The position numbers were made by a program, and so were the translations under genes. This document shows, in pieces, positions 47,601 through 61,264 of a stretch of 64,000 bases of DNA (position 1 is the stretch's first letter; each line of letters opens with the position of its first letter). The DNA comes from Yuukianura sp. NJ FZ-2021 (Eukaryota): NCBI GenBank assembly GCA_046563655.1, contig CM102290.1:14880001-14944000 (forward strand), in the 5' to 3' direction. The notes below the pieces were generated by a model, which worked only from the letters and a program-made list of their open reading frames with translations, did no database searches and was not told where the DNA came from.

Positions 47601-49384
47601 CAGAGTGCATGCTGCCTATGATGCTGGAGTTGTGCTCCTCCCAATTGTGTTTCAACTGGTCAAGATGCTCTACCTCATTCTGGAGAGTCCGCAGTTCCAT
47701 GCTGCCATGGACTTGACGGAGTCTGAGAAGGGACAAGTGCTTGGCATCATGTGCTTGACAGGAGCCTTCTCTCAAACAACGTCAACTGGACACACGGAAG
47801 AGGCAGAGGACACTTATCGCTCAGCTGTGATCGTAAGTTACTAATGCAGTTTTAATTAATTATATACTTTTAATTAATTAATTACATAAAATTGTGTGTT
47901 GATACATATTGTGTAATGTTTGTAGAAATTTGTTCGTGGTACGTTGGAAATGTGTTATGGAATCCTGGGTATGGCTTGTACGCTGTTCAGTCCTAAGCTC
48001 TACTCCATTCCGAATATTGAGGATTCGTTCCTGGGGTCCGTTGGTTGGAAGATGAGCATGTTACCGGACTACCGAGTCAGAAACATTGTGCACAATGTGT
48101 TCAAACCATTCCTCCACTGCTGTCCAACCACCAATCAAACCACTGTCCTCCTACCATTTCTCAGAGCTTTCTGTCCATTCAGTAAGTCAAACTATTTGAA
48201 AAGTGGAATTATGTGACATTGATCAGCTGATCATTTTGAATGTGACATTGATCAGCTGATCGGCTGGAATTTGACATCCAGTATCCAGGATGATGCTGAT
48301 TGTTGTTTAATTTCAGTGTTTGAGAGACTGAATCAGCGGTGGAATGCCGTGCAGCAAGCTGCTTTCAACAATCCTGAAGGAGACGAGGAGAGTGAAATCC
48401 TGGATTCTGCGACACTCCGTCTCCTCACCAGAGATTATCTCGATTGTGTCCAGGGTATCCTGGAGGGAACAAATCCCAAGAAAGGTCAGTTACTCTACAC
48501 ATTCTCTGTGTTTTTAGAATGTCAAAAGTCATTTTTCCTTTTTGTTTAGACTATCTGAAGCAGTTGGGCTTCTCTCAAGCGGAATCTACCGGTGAAATGG
48601 ACGTTGACATGAACGATGAAGATGTGCAAGGAAGTTCGGACAAGTCCAAGTCGCAGAATTCGGCTGGACTGTGTGCCTTTGGCACGACTGTCCTCACTGA
48701 TCCAACTTGCTATCAGTCCATCATCCATCTCTGCGGAGTGTAAGTCAAATTACATAAAAAATTAATTAATTTTAGTCTTAATTAAGGTTTGGAATTAACC
48801 AATTAACGTCGTCTTTTTGGATGTGTTGATCCAGGGCTCTGTGCTGGGACGACAGTACTACTGTGTTGCGTGCTGCTAAATGCTTGATCATGTCCTTTGA
48901 TCACGTGGCTCTGCACATGAACATTGTGCTGGGTGTGCTGCTCAACTCTCTGTCCAGCATCTGCACTTGGATGGAGAACGAGGCTGCTAAGGAAATACTC
49001 GCTAGACTCATTGATCTCATTCACAAGCGCTACCAGAAAGAGGACGTTAGAATCAACCAAGTAAGTTTACTTTGATTGTGAAAAGTATGAGAAAACTGAC
49101 GTTTTTGAATTTGTGTTGAGATGATGCTGGAATGGGGAGCATCTGAGGAGGATCTGAAGAAGTTGGGTGGCTCAGCTTCTGACGGGCAGAAGAACGACAA
49201 GAGGCGGAAAGACATCATTCGTCAAATGGTCAAGAACAATCCGAGAGTGGAGTTGCGGAATAGTGGGCAGAAACCGTCGTGGCTGGACATGCCGAAACTC
49301 ATGATCCAGAAGCAGAAGTTGGAAGATGGAGGTGCTGAGGAGCTGAACGATTGTTTTGCCTTGGTAGATACACTCATTCCTTGA
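44675..49384 (+). CDS. XPO5: Exportin-5 (Ranbp21), divergent, about 15 exons, about 1100 aa
   Basis: IVEMAKKEWPQLWPDF...IFRRLVEDVV; LRNHAASLMIKLA; LPDYRVRNIVHNVFKPFLHCCP; FERLNQRW...EILDSATLRLLTRDYLD; ALCWDDS. These motifs are recalled from exportin-5. Splice phases are consistent. Confidence 0.85.
47034..47359. mobile_element. MITE-like element with an internal (TTATAGAA)n degenerate array, in an XPO5 intron
   Basis: Inverted ends ATTAGGCAGTTTCGATTATAA / reverse complement ATTAGGCACTTTGAGGTATAA. The repeat unit flips orientation near the right end. Confidence 0.65.
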
Positions 49385-52300
49385 ACCTTGACACAAATGT
49401 CGGGTACCCTTAAGTCCTCCTGTCCTAACCATTCACATAATGTCTTTTTCTCAACTTCCGATCTTACCTATCCGTTCCATTCTTAACTTTTCCGAACTTT
49501 GTCCGGTGTGGAACTGTTTGAAGAGAGACATTATGGGTAGGAAGTTAATTAGTTGTTAATTGAAGTAATTGCGATGTTTCCTCCCTTGTGCAACAGGCCT
49601 GCTCTCTCTACGACCACAATCAGAACAAGATCCTGGAAGATCGTCAACTCAACGCTGAATCAATCTGAAGCACCGTAAATCAAAACAATCAATTACCAAT
49701 CGTTTCTCAGTTTATTCCGATCTTAAGCTCAATTTATGGTCTACCTCTTTGTAAGGTGTGTCGCAGTTTTCCAATTTCATATTGTGTCCAATTATACTGT
49801 GTTTTAGTAATTTATTTATTCACTTTAATTTACGTGAGATTTTTTAGAAAATGTCTTTGAAAGTTCGAATTTTTTAAATTTTAGAATTTAGAGGAAAAGC
49901 AGCGTTGCTAACTTTTATGTTATTTTTAGGTTGGGTTAACCTACAAGCCTTGTACAACGTTAAAACTAATTAAATTTAATAAAAATGTTAAGAGGGCACT
50001 GGAGTCAGGCCTTGATGCAGGATCATAATTAGGTCATGTTTTTACTAAATCAAGTTTTTCACACCTCGTTAATTGGAAGTCGCTCATCTTCATGCTAATT
50101 AACTGTTTAGGTGGGATCAGCTGATCGACAATACAAATACATTGCGTCATAGGGTAGTCAAGGGTAGGGGAAAATATAGAGAGTGTACTGTAACACTAAC
50201 AACCCCTCATAAATTTGGCACATGCGCCGCCTACGTTTCAATGTAATTTGAGAACCCGCCATACCATTACTATACTAATGCGTTCCATAAAGTATGTTAA
50301 CCTAACCAGCTGACTGTACAAATAAAACAAATTTGTTGTCACTAAATTTGGTGTTATCTGATGAAATTAGCATAGTTTTTTTTTCGTTTTGTAGAACTCT
50401 GTGAACTTCGAAATGGCCTATGATTTAATTTAGGTTAGGCAAACTATGTTGATTAATTTATTTAGTCTGAAACGTACATATTTGAGTTAATTTGAAGCTA
50501 TGCTTAAAATTAAGAGTTTATTTTAAGCATTAGGTTCAAATTAACTGTAATATTAGCGGCAACATGGGAGGTCAGGATTTGTAGTTGACAGACTACCGTT
50601 TAGTTATTTGTAACTATTTGCGTGATATTAATTGTACGCGAATTTAATTGTGTTAGAATTAATGTAAAATGTGGTGTAACTGTATTTCCTTAACGGATTG
50701 ATGTTAATTATCGGCAACGTTGGAGGAGGGAGTAGGGAGGGGAGGATGATTTCCTCCTTGCCCTGCTGATTTGAGGAGAGCTCTTAAGGAGGAATCACAC
50801 ATGGCAACGGGGTGTCTCGTTTCGCCTCAAATTAATTAACTTTAACGTCTAATTAGAATTCACAGGTATATCGTAGAATTGTGTGTAAGGGCTCCAAAAA
50901 TTCGTCATTATTTGTAGAATACAGAGCAGTGATCCGAATTTGAATTTTTCTTGCGAAATGATACTAAAAATTGAATACAAAGTTCAATTTTTTCTAAGCG
51001 TCGAATGATACAAAAATTCGGGAATTTGGTCACGGCGACTTAAGCGCCATGGTCTTCCGGATTTTTAGACACCTCAAACGCATTTCTAGGTCTTATAATG
51101 AACATCTAATTAGCCAAAGTAGATGAAATTCTGCAGAAATTTACAAATTTGCAAATGTCGGCACTGAAATTAGCCGTCTCTATGGGAACACGTTGATTGT
51201 TTTGTTCCAGCTTATTTGAAATGTTGTACTGTGAAAAACTTTGATTCGTCAACCATTCGAAAGAGTGCCGACTTTTGCACGTTTGAGCAGTGATTTTGCT
51301 TTGTTACTAATGACAATGGCTGACACCAAATCGTAAACAAACGCTGCCTCTTACCCGTCCTTAAGTTCATGTTAGAAACACAATAGAAACAACAACAGAC
51401 ACAAGTAGGAACTACGCTCTTAAGTCCTTAAACTTAAAGTTAATATTTAGAACACGTCTTGACCCCCTGTCCCACTCCAGCACACAGTTCAGTGTCCTAC
51501 AAAAGATATCCAGGAATACCTGCAACAATAGGCTAACTAACCAGGGAGTCAGACTAAAGTCACTATAAGGAAACTTCATTTTTTAGAACAAAGCACTACG
51601 TTCTTAAGGACTACAAATCTACTGCTCCATTTTGTACACTGGTTAATTAGGAAACAATACTAAACTCAATTACTTTGGGGGACGAATCTGGTAAAAAAAA
51701 ACTACGTTAATTTATTTATCTAAATACTTAACGGTTGACACGGAGTAATTAGACACGATAGTCTTCATATCTCCACTTTTAAGTTTCATCAACTGTGTAA
51801 CGTTTTTAGTTGGTTGTTAATCGATTAATCCAACGTAGTTGTAACGTTTTCAATTTGTATTTGTAACAAAGGAAGTCGTCAAGACGTAAATACTTTCTCG
51901 AGTAATCCACTAATTTATTATCTATTGTTTGTAAACTCGAGTTTGTCAACCAAGGATTAACGCTCTGTTTGAAATCATTGCCAAAACGTAATTAACAATT
52001 AATCGTTAATCGCCTAATGTAAACTCGTGTTAGGTCGAATTTTATGAGTTGTTGAAACGTAGGAGTCAAATGTCAACGTCACTTTAACTAAACTGAAACT
52101 CGAGAGTATCATTTCCTAATTTATTTCCTCAGGGTTTCAACAACTCCGACTTTTGTTATTCTTGAGTAATTAAGTCTTGATTAATTGAGCACCTACCTGT
52201 GATACATCGGTTAAAACTGAGAAAGTATTTGTCCTAATTAGTTAATTACCAAGGGATAAATAGTAGTGTATTATTTATAAATTATAAGTATAATTCGGAG

Positions 52301-52412
52301 TGTAAATTATAAGTATAACCTCAGATTATAAATTATAATCCGAAGCCCATTACGCAAGTTACTGCCAACATTTGTTATTAAAAAGGAAAGTCTTCAAGAA
52401 CGTCAACGTAGA

Positions 52413-55400
52413 ATGTCAGCCGATAGTTTGCGAAGTAAGCACGTTAGCAACAGGGTACTCATTCCAGGGTCAGGCATGGCCCTTGGTCAGCAACCCTGTC
52501 GAGGTCAACCGGACCAGAGGTCAACTTCAGGTCAAGTCATTCGTCCTCAAGCAGTGTCTGAAAAAACACTCATGGAGAGTGTAGCTGGACTCATCAACGA
52601 AGTTGGACTCGTTCCTCAGGTGAGTCATTTTTACACAGATCAATTACTTTTAATGCTTACCGTTACATGACTTCGTTGGTCCGTGGAGGTACCTAAAAGC
52701 CACGTACCAAAACTTGAGTTTCGAAATTCGAGGTACCAAAAACGTTTTTATGTCGATTTGGATCTGGTTCGATCCGATGACGCATTGGTCAAAAAACGAA
52801 CCTCAAACAGTTTTTCATGACCTAAATAATTGCATTTCGAAAACACGTTTTGAACTTTTGAGGAAAAATTTGGTGAGATAAAAGTTTTTGTGCTGATTTT
52901 GACAACATTTGACAGTTTCATCATCTTTTTGACTTTTTGGAGCGGACACTGACGAATGTTAAAGTTTTTAACTGGGCATTAAATTGAAGTGTGGTTGAAT
53001 TGTATGACATTGACATGCTTGGTTTTGGTATAAAATAAGATCTTTGACCTTTACAAAAGTATTGACTTTTTAAAACTTTGACCTGATCCAAGGAAAAAAT
53101 GATATGACTTTTGCTTGGGTTCGTTCGTCATGTCACTGATGTGACATTGGACTCTAAGTGTCATATTTCTTATTGTGCTATTAAGAAATGAAGACGTCGC
53201 ACGTGGAAATGCACAAATGACGCTGTAGAACTAACCTAACTTTAAACATTTAAGTGTTGGTTTACAGTTGAAGATGAACTTTCATAGTCCAAAGGAACTC
53301 CGCACATGATAACACAAATGATAACTTCTGTGGTTGTGTGTGAGTCTAAACGGAATTTGCGAACTTACGACAATTCAATCGCAAATTACGAAAACGTCTC
53401 ACTTTGTACTTTCCAAAAATAGAATCATGCAGTTACTTCACAATTTCCACAAGCTGAAATCTCAAAATTCCGAAATGCAATGTGTATGGCATGAAATTTA
53501 GCATAACTTTTCAACTTAAAACATAAAGAAAGACACTTGTTTGGTATATATAGTTCGTGTAATTCAAATGTAATTCATGTAATTACAAAGTAATTCATTA
53601 ATTTTTCGTGTTTTTTAGCCGTACTCTACGAATGAAGAAAAAGAGAATAATATTGTTTGGACCAAGTTTGAATCTATCAAGCCGAATTTTGATCTCAATT
53701 GGAACCTCCGCAACTTGTAAGTAAAAAAAGGAACCTTTTCGTTACGTATAAACTATGGAGTAAGGAGGAACCTTTTTGTTACGTATAAATCTTAAATAGT
53801 GGATGTCGCTTTGTCAGGTTGAAATGGAATTGGTCGATAATCGATGTTAAACTAACAAATACCTTACTCTCCAATTTTTCTAAAAGTTCAGTGACAGTTG
53901 AATTGCTTATTGTATTCCGATTTAGCGCCAGTCCATTTTTTCCGCAAATTTTTTTTAAGTGAATGACCGACGAAATTTTTTTTTCTTAATGTTGGCTTTG
54001 CGGTCAAATTTTTTGTTTTGCCGCTTTTCCGGGATAAATGAGTCGACAAAATTAAGAAACCTATGATAAACTTTAGCAGAATGCTGGATCAACATTGTGC
54101 TGCAGAATGCTGGATCAGCATTGAACTAATTATGTTTTTTGTAGATCCGAAGAGTCGACGGATGAAACGTGTTCTGTTGACGGCCAATGTCACCCTCCGC
54201 TTGTGCTAACCTTGGCTTATCCCTCTGGAATCCAAATGTGGGCCGTGGCTGCGAGTGGAGAAGCCCAGGAAGTGTTGTCCTGGCGACGCCCAGCAGTGCG
54301 CCTATCCAAACTCCTCCCGTCGCCGGCGACCAGCGACCATCTCGTTGCCAGGGACATTCACCGGGAGAGCAGACCAGTAGTGGCCATCGTGGAGGGGTTT
54401 GTGTCACCCAGTTCACCCAACCACGTCACGTTCATCTCTCTCCGAACTGGGCAAATCCTCAAGAGCACAAAGTTCATCCATCCTGTCTGTGATTTGGTAG
54501 CCAACACAATGGCCATAGTCCTCTCCTTCCTTGACAAACTCATCATTCTGGATCCATTTACATTTGAAAGTCAACGGACGATAGTCTCTTCCTCAGGATC
54601 AGCCACACCTCTGCTCAACTCCGTCGCCCTTGGCTCCTCATGGCTCGCCTACTCAGACAGAAAACTACTGTCACACTACCAGTCTATTGGCGGAGTAGAG
54701 GCCGCTGGAGTGTCATCATACACCGCCACAGTCATTTATGCTGCCAAGAGCCTCACCAAAGGTCAAACAAACTTTAACTTAAAACTTTAAAAACTTGAAT
54801 TGAAAATTAAATTTTAAATAAAGGGCTCAAAGGTCTGGGTGAAAGTGTGGCCAACAGCATCACGGGACACCGGAATCATCTACCGACCGACCAGTCTGGA
54901 TCGGTTCAAGAGCCGGGAGTCGTCACGATCCTGAACTTGGCCGAACTGAAGTCGTCTGATGACGAGGCGACATATTCGAGCGACATCCAGCATTCGGCTT
55001 ATGTCGCCCACTTTGTGGCTCATGCCAACCATCCTGTTCATGCAATGAGATTTGATCCGTCTGGACTCCTTTTGGTGACGGCGGACAAGGAGGGCCATGA
55101 CTTTCACGTTTTCCGGATCCATCCGCATCCACTCGGGCCGAACATGGCGGCGGTCCATCATCTGTACATTCTGCACCGTGGAGACACTGGAGCCAAAGTG
55201 CAAGACATTTCCTTTGCGCATGACTCGAGATGGGTAGCTGTGAGCACACTTCGGGGGACCACGCATATTTTTCCGATCACACCCTACGGCGGAGCAATCA
55301 GCGTCAGAACACATATCTCTCACAGAGTCGTCAATCGGCTGAGTCGGTTTCATCGAACCGCCGGACTGGACGATACGCCAGCATCCGGCCGAAACAGTCC

Positions 55401-57230
55401 GGTACTTTCGTTTTCTCCAGGCGGAACGACGACGACTGTGCCGCCGGTGGGAAAATCGTACGATCTCCTCCACTTGGGCTCTCCGTATCCCAATCCCAGA
55501 CTCCCCCCGTTTCCGCATCCACTCATCATCAACCCACTGGCTCAACTACGCCAAAATTTCAATTTTCCCAGTTCATCTCCGAAGAGCTCTCCGCCAATAG
55601 GAAAGTCCAAAGGACTGCTGGCCGAAGAACGTGTCCATGTCGCCTCAAGTTTCGAGGAACCGAGAGGCTGGATTCTGAACACTCCTGGAGTCATAACACA
55701 TTGTGATAAACGGAAAAAGTCTCCAGTGGAAGCAGTCTATGTCATGACATGCCATGGACACCTCATCGAATACTATCTCGAACCCAAACAAGCCTCGAGT
55801 AAGCCAACTTTTAACTTTTAACTTCACTTTTAACTTTTAGTTCAACTTTTACCTTCACTTTTAACTTTTACCTTAACTTTTAGCGAAACTTTTAACTTTT
55901 AGCGAAACTTTTAACTTCACTTTAAACTTTTAGCTTAACTTTTAACTTTTAGCTCACCTTTTAACTTTTAGCTTTTGACTTTTAGCTTAACGTTTTAACT
56001 TCACTTTTAACTTCGCCTTTAACTCTTAGCTCAACTTTTAATCTCACTTTTAACTTTTAGATTGACTTTTAACTTTTAACTTTTAGCTCCACTTTTAGCT
56101 TGACTTTTAACTTTTAATCGGAAAATTGAAGTTAATTGATGATTTACTTTAAATTGTAGGTACATCTAAGGAGAAAGTGTCGGATGACACGGCTATTGAG
56201 TTGGTGGTGCATGCGAGAGCTCAGTGGAACTTTAGTCGGCCGTCGTTCTCCAAAGAGTTGAAGCCACCTTTGTCACCCACCAACTTGGCCCTGCTGCGTG
56301 GGTCCACTTCCCACTCAGCCATGTCACCTCTTAAACCTTCCAGTGCCAAGAAGACGCTGAATGTGGGTGGGTCTGGAATGTGTTCTGGAGCGGAGTCCAG
56401 AAACGCTGCTCCTGACATTCGGAGGAAAGGAGCGACGACTGACGACAGTTCAGACGAACGGTGGCTGTCTCAAGTGGAAATCACCACACATTCCGGCCCT
56501 CATCGACGCCTCTGGATGGGCCCGCAGTTCACTTTCAAAGTCTTCAACCCCTCATCGTAAGGAAACACTTTTTGAAAAGTGTTCAAATGTTGAAAATTTT
56601 GAATTTTTAAAAACTTTTATAGAATGTCTTCTGGAAATCAAAGTGGAGTGGTGGACGTGGAAACTGTGGAGGTCAACGTGACGAACCGCCCGGCCAAATC
56701 CAATCCTGTCAACATGCCTGTTTCCTCTGCACTTCTTCCGGTCGTCATCGAAGGAAGTTCTGGAAGTAAGAAAAGAAAGTGTAATAACATAACTAACCTT
56801 AAAACATTCAAATTGTTTAATATATTTTATTATATTTAATATTTTTAATATGTTGAAATATGTAATAATATATTTTAATATTTAGGTAGCCTGGAGCAGT
56901 CGCCTCGACTCGTGGATCCTTACTCAGACTCTGAAACTTCAATTCTTCCGAATGACTTTAATATCAAGGAGAGCTTAGCAGATGCCATGATGGAAGGGTG
57001 TGCCATCAACTCACGTGACACAGGTCACTTTTTCAAAAACACTTTTTTCAAAAAAATCAAATTCTAAATTGAAAAGTGTTTTTTTTTTTTGAAATTTTGT
57101 AAAAGCAGGAGGTTGTCAAAGTCTAGGGAGCTGCGATGACCTGAGTTCGAGCAGTTTCGACTCGACGAGTCAACACTCCATAGACGTTCCTTCGTTCTGC
57201 ATAGACGCCACTCTCCCGTTTCCGGATTGA
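52413..57230 (+). CDS. BCAS3: BCAS3 / rudhira WD40 (PROPPIN-related) protein, about 8 coding exons
   Basis: MSADS...IRPQAVSEKTLMESVAG; GEAQEVLSWR; ALGSSWLAYSD; SYTATVIYAAKSLTKGL; AHFVAH...MRFDPSGLLLVTAD..GHDFHVFRI...VHHLYILHRGDTGAKVQDISFAHDSRWVAVSTLRGTTHIFPITPYGG; WLSQVEITTHSGPHRRLWMGPQFTFK; TGA at 57228-57230. Confidence 0.96.
55805..56117. repeat. Degenerate (CTTTTAA/CTTTTAG)n simple repeat filling a BCAS3 intron
   Basis: Directly visible. Confidence 0.9.
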
Positions 57231-57678
57231 CGCTCTTCTTCCTCAACGTCTTCAACAAAAGTTGAACACTTTTCAACAACAAGCCAAAAGTTCAACACTT
57301 TGTCATCGTCTGCTCCTCAACCATGTCGGCCCTTCCTCCTCTGCTCCGTGCTCCACTTTGTCTTCATCCTAAGTACCCACGGCCCTTTCGTCACTTGACC
57401 TCCAACTCAGAAATTGGAATCTATGGACAAATCCTGTACCTGCTCTTCTCAATTCTTAAAACGAACATTGTAACAAATAACGAAGGAAAACCGATTTTGG
57501 AAACATAGTTGCCGTCTGTCGGAAGTAATCGGGCGATCACTTTTAGATTATCCCACGCCCGGGTCAATTTCAAGAGTAAAAACGTAAGATTTTCAATTGT
57601 GAGAAATAATATTTAAAAAGACGCTTAGAAACAGAATCAACTTTACACCCTAAGTACTACCCTAAAATTGTTCATTTA

Positions 57679-57772
57679 ATACCGTATTTCCTCGTTAATA
57701 CCGTATTTAATCACTTGGATTACCGTATTTCCTCGGAGGTAATACGTGTAGTATTTGCGAGGAAATAGGGTA
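57679..57772. mobile_element. Tiny Tc1/mariner (Tc2/pogo-like) MITE remnant with reiterated left end
   Basis: TA|CCGTATTTCCTCG...CGAGGAAATAGGG|TA at 57721-57772, with two extra TACCGTATTT copies just upstream. Confidence 0.55.
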
Positions 57773-59830
57773 ACTGAGTCTCTAGTTCATTGTAAACATT
57801 GTTAAAAGTCATCCTATGTTTATGTTTAGGCAGAAAAACATGTTTAGAAAAAAGACTTGAAAAGGCAAAGAGGTTTTGATTTTTTAGAAAAATTCAAAGA
57901 CGAGTGAATTGTGCTTCAAAAATTACTCTTTTTTGTGTACAAAAACATTTTTTTTTCAGTTGACCATGACGATGTTGTAGACTTGAGGAAGGTTTAAATT
58001 TTTTTTGTGTTTTTGGATAATATGTATAGTGTAAGTAAAATTGTGAATTTTAAGTTAATTCTTGCTTAATTATTGTAGTTTAGGAAAATGAGTGTTTTTG
58101 AAAAGTGTTTAAAACTGTTTCCTGTTATGTTTAGTAGTTTTCCAACGGAATGACGCAACGTAGACCGAAATTTAGTCCTAGGAGTCTAATTTAGGAAAAA
58201 AGAAATAATTTTTAGTGTTAGAAATGTTTGCCTAATAATTGTTCGGTGTAATCGAAATCATAATTTTAGCACAACACTACTGTTCGCATGCACGTTTAAA
58301 ACGAAACCGCAACAAATCAAAAGTTTTTGTGAATAAAACGCACAAACCTCTACGGCGCAGACAACGTTTACCCTGGACTATTTTTTAATTTTTGTTAATG
58401 TTAAACTAAATGAAGCTATTTTTTAAAAAGATGCTTTTGATCGCTGATTTGCTAATTCCATTTTTTAGAAACGGAGATTTTTAAAATTTTACAAACTTCT
58501 GAGATTTTTTGGGTAAAATTTCGGATTAAATGGTGTGAAATGACGGGAAGAAATGACGATTTGACCCTTGACTGTTTGAAACTCTTTTTTTTATTAGTGT
58601 TGAATTTGTTTAAAAAATGGATCTAAAACAAAGTTTTTTTTTGAAAACGTGAAAAGCGGAGTGTATTTGTGTAGTTTGAGCGTCTGTTGCCTCCGGTCAC
58701 TTGAATATTTTGTTGACTCGTGTAGTCACCGAGGCGTGTCAAAGTGATGATGGTCTGGAAGGAGAAAGTTGTCTAATCCTCTTCCTTTCCATCTCGCTGG
58801 AGGAGGGAGGAGGAGGAGGAGGAGGAGATGCCGAATTAAGATGAAAGTGGTGGAAGATAGTTTTTTGGGAGGGTGATGATGAGAAAGTAGGATTGAGATC
58901 CTTTCAATTTGTAAATGTGAATTATTAATCAGAGTTCCAGACTTACGTGAGTTCCAGAACTTCCAGGAAGTTGTACGTCTCTGCTGGATCCCCTCCAGGA
59001 ACAGACCTGGAAATTGGAACTTACTTCCTCCTCCATTTTACAAAACACTTTCCAACTCTCCGCTTCAAAAGAAACTCCTAAGATTTCAGTTTCAAAAGTA
59101 CCACACCCATAATGCAAATTGGAAAGTGCAAAGCTTAGCCTACGGTATCCGAAACCCAGGTTAACCCATGCGATCAAAGGTCAACTTTCAAACATGGGTT
59201 AACTTTTGTAGAATTTTATATGAAGTCAGGCGATTCCCCAAAAAATGTGAAATTTCGAAACAGAAAATTTCAAATCAGAAGGTTCCTTTTTTAGCAAAAA
59301 AGGGCCAAAACAAACTGATTTTTTGGGGGAATTGGCTTAGTTAGTGAAAGTTTTTTTGTTGATTCCAGCTCCATTTTTCCAAATTTTGAAATGGAAGAAG
59401 GTGAGCTGGCTGCGGAATTTCCCTGGAGACTTCCATTGATTCTGTGCCGTGGAGGTCAAAGGGCAACCTAACTAACGTGTGTTAGCCTAATCCACGTTTT
59501 GTTGTGGCCTCTTAGCTTCGTCCATTGTCCCTTAAGCCCCTTTTGTAGGTGCCTCATGACCTGGAGTGTGATAGGATTGGACGCTTCTTGCATCTTCCAG
59601 CTCCAGCCTCCCTAATCTCCAGGCTTACGACTCTCCAGCCCTTTGTCCAACTGACCACAACCTCAAGTCCACACAAATCATCATCTTTCATCTTCTGCTC
59701 TCTGGACACAATTTGGACACAAGTAGAGTCGTCGCCTTGGCAACTGGACGCCATGGCAGCTTCAACCATGTCAACCCTTGGCAGCTCTCAGGTTCTGGCT
59801 TGAGAGACAAAGAAAGAGAAAAAAAAATAA

Positions 59831-59902
59831 AGAACCGAGTGGGACTCGAACCCACACCTCACTGTTGGAGGATACTCTCTACTAATTGAGCTATCATGTT
59901 CC
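59831..59902 (-). pseudogene. tRNA pseudogene or tRNA-derived SINE head
   Basis: A-box TAGCTCAATTAG, perfect T-arm GTGGG-TTCGAGT-CCCAC, acceptor GAAC..GA/TCGGTTC, shortened anticodon arm, followed by oligo-T. Confidence 0.65.
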
Positions 59903-61052
59903 ATTCTGCTCAGCATCAAGGACTCATTCTGGATGGACCAGCATACCATTCTGAGTAGCAGTTTATGACTTTTACTATCAAATAGTTTTTTGGGGCCTAA
60001 TTCGAAATCCTGGTTTAAAAATGGATTAAGTTTAGGTTTAGCTGTTCAATCTGAGTCTCCAAGTTTTAAAAATTTGGAAGTTGGCTAAATTTTTAACTTT
60101 TTTTTTAGTTTTTGCATGTTTTTGAAATTGTGAAGATGCTGTAGGGTGTTGGTTGGGGTAAGATTTGGTTGTGAGTTGAAGGGAGTCAATTTGTGTGTTT
60201 ATTATTCCTGTATAAACAAAAGTGGAAGTTTTCTCTCGGAGCCACTTGGGTGGGAACACCCACACTTTCCCTCCCCACGGACTTTGCTTTTTCAAAAGGA
60301 CTTTGGAGCTAACAGTTTCGCAGTTCAACATTTCAGCCAAATTTCGAAACTTTACTTTAAAAAAACGCCGAATCCTGCAGGTCTCGATCCCACGGACACC
60401 ATATTCCACTTCTGAGCTTTCTCCATAACGACTCCAGCCTTTTTGTCCCGGGAAATGTCCAAATGGACGTGATGGGTCAAAGGGCTCCTGGGCCCTTAAG
60501 TGACATGAAAATGGACACAGCGTCGATTAGAGGCCATGCACAAGGACTAATGGAGTCCTTAAACTCAATTACCCAACGGTTTCCTTCCTCTCCCGCCTCT
60601 TCTTTCAAAATATACCTTAACCTACCCACTTCATAACTTGTGCTGCACTTTGTTCTGCCACTCCAACTTTACACAAAAATCAAAGATCACAATTTCTGCT
60701 CAATTTCCACCCAACGGAACAACCATTTCCTCATTTTCCAAACCACAACTCTACTTTCTTTCAATCTCAACTCACTCCAAAAATTTTCGAATTTGGAAAC
60801 TCCCTTTTTTAAAAAAATATCTACCATTTTGTCCCAAACAAATGTCTTATTTTTAAATTTATCCATTTTTGTTTCAGTTTAAAATCTGCTGTACCGTAAA
60901 GCTTTTTTTAGGAGCCCGGCTCCACTTTTTAAATGTTTTAAAGTGTTTGAAAATTATTGCATTGTATAAAGTTTAAAAATGGAGGTTTAGAATGCATAAA
61001 AATAAAGCGTGTGCTCAAGGTTCCTTGGCAATGAAAAGTTAAATATTTTTAA

Positions 61053-61264
61053 CAGGTTGGATACTACCTCGGTTGTTGACAGAAAAACGAGAAAAAAAAT
61101 TTGGTACCGATTTTAGTACTAATCCGAAAAGTAGATACCAATCCGTATGCAACATTTAAAAAAATCAAAAAAAAAGTTGTATTGTTATGACTATATGCAA
61201 TGCCCTGAAATGAAAAGACACCTTTTTTGCAAAATTAAAAAAATATGAGGTATTACCCAACCTG
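61053..61264. mobile_element. TTAA-flanked MITE (piggyBac-like)
   Basis: TTAA|CAGGTTGGATACTACCTC ... GAGGTATTACCCAACCTG|TTAA. Confidence 0.8.

Noticed and set aside
54880..55706. Long antisense and alternative-frame ORFs over BCAS3 (and similar ones over XPO5 and the sGC)
   Set aside because: Shadow ORFs of GC-balanced exons with no independent motifs.
60365..60402. GGTCTCGATCCC as another tRNA B-box
   Set aside because: No stem pairing or A-box support.
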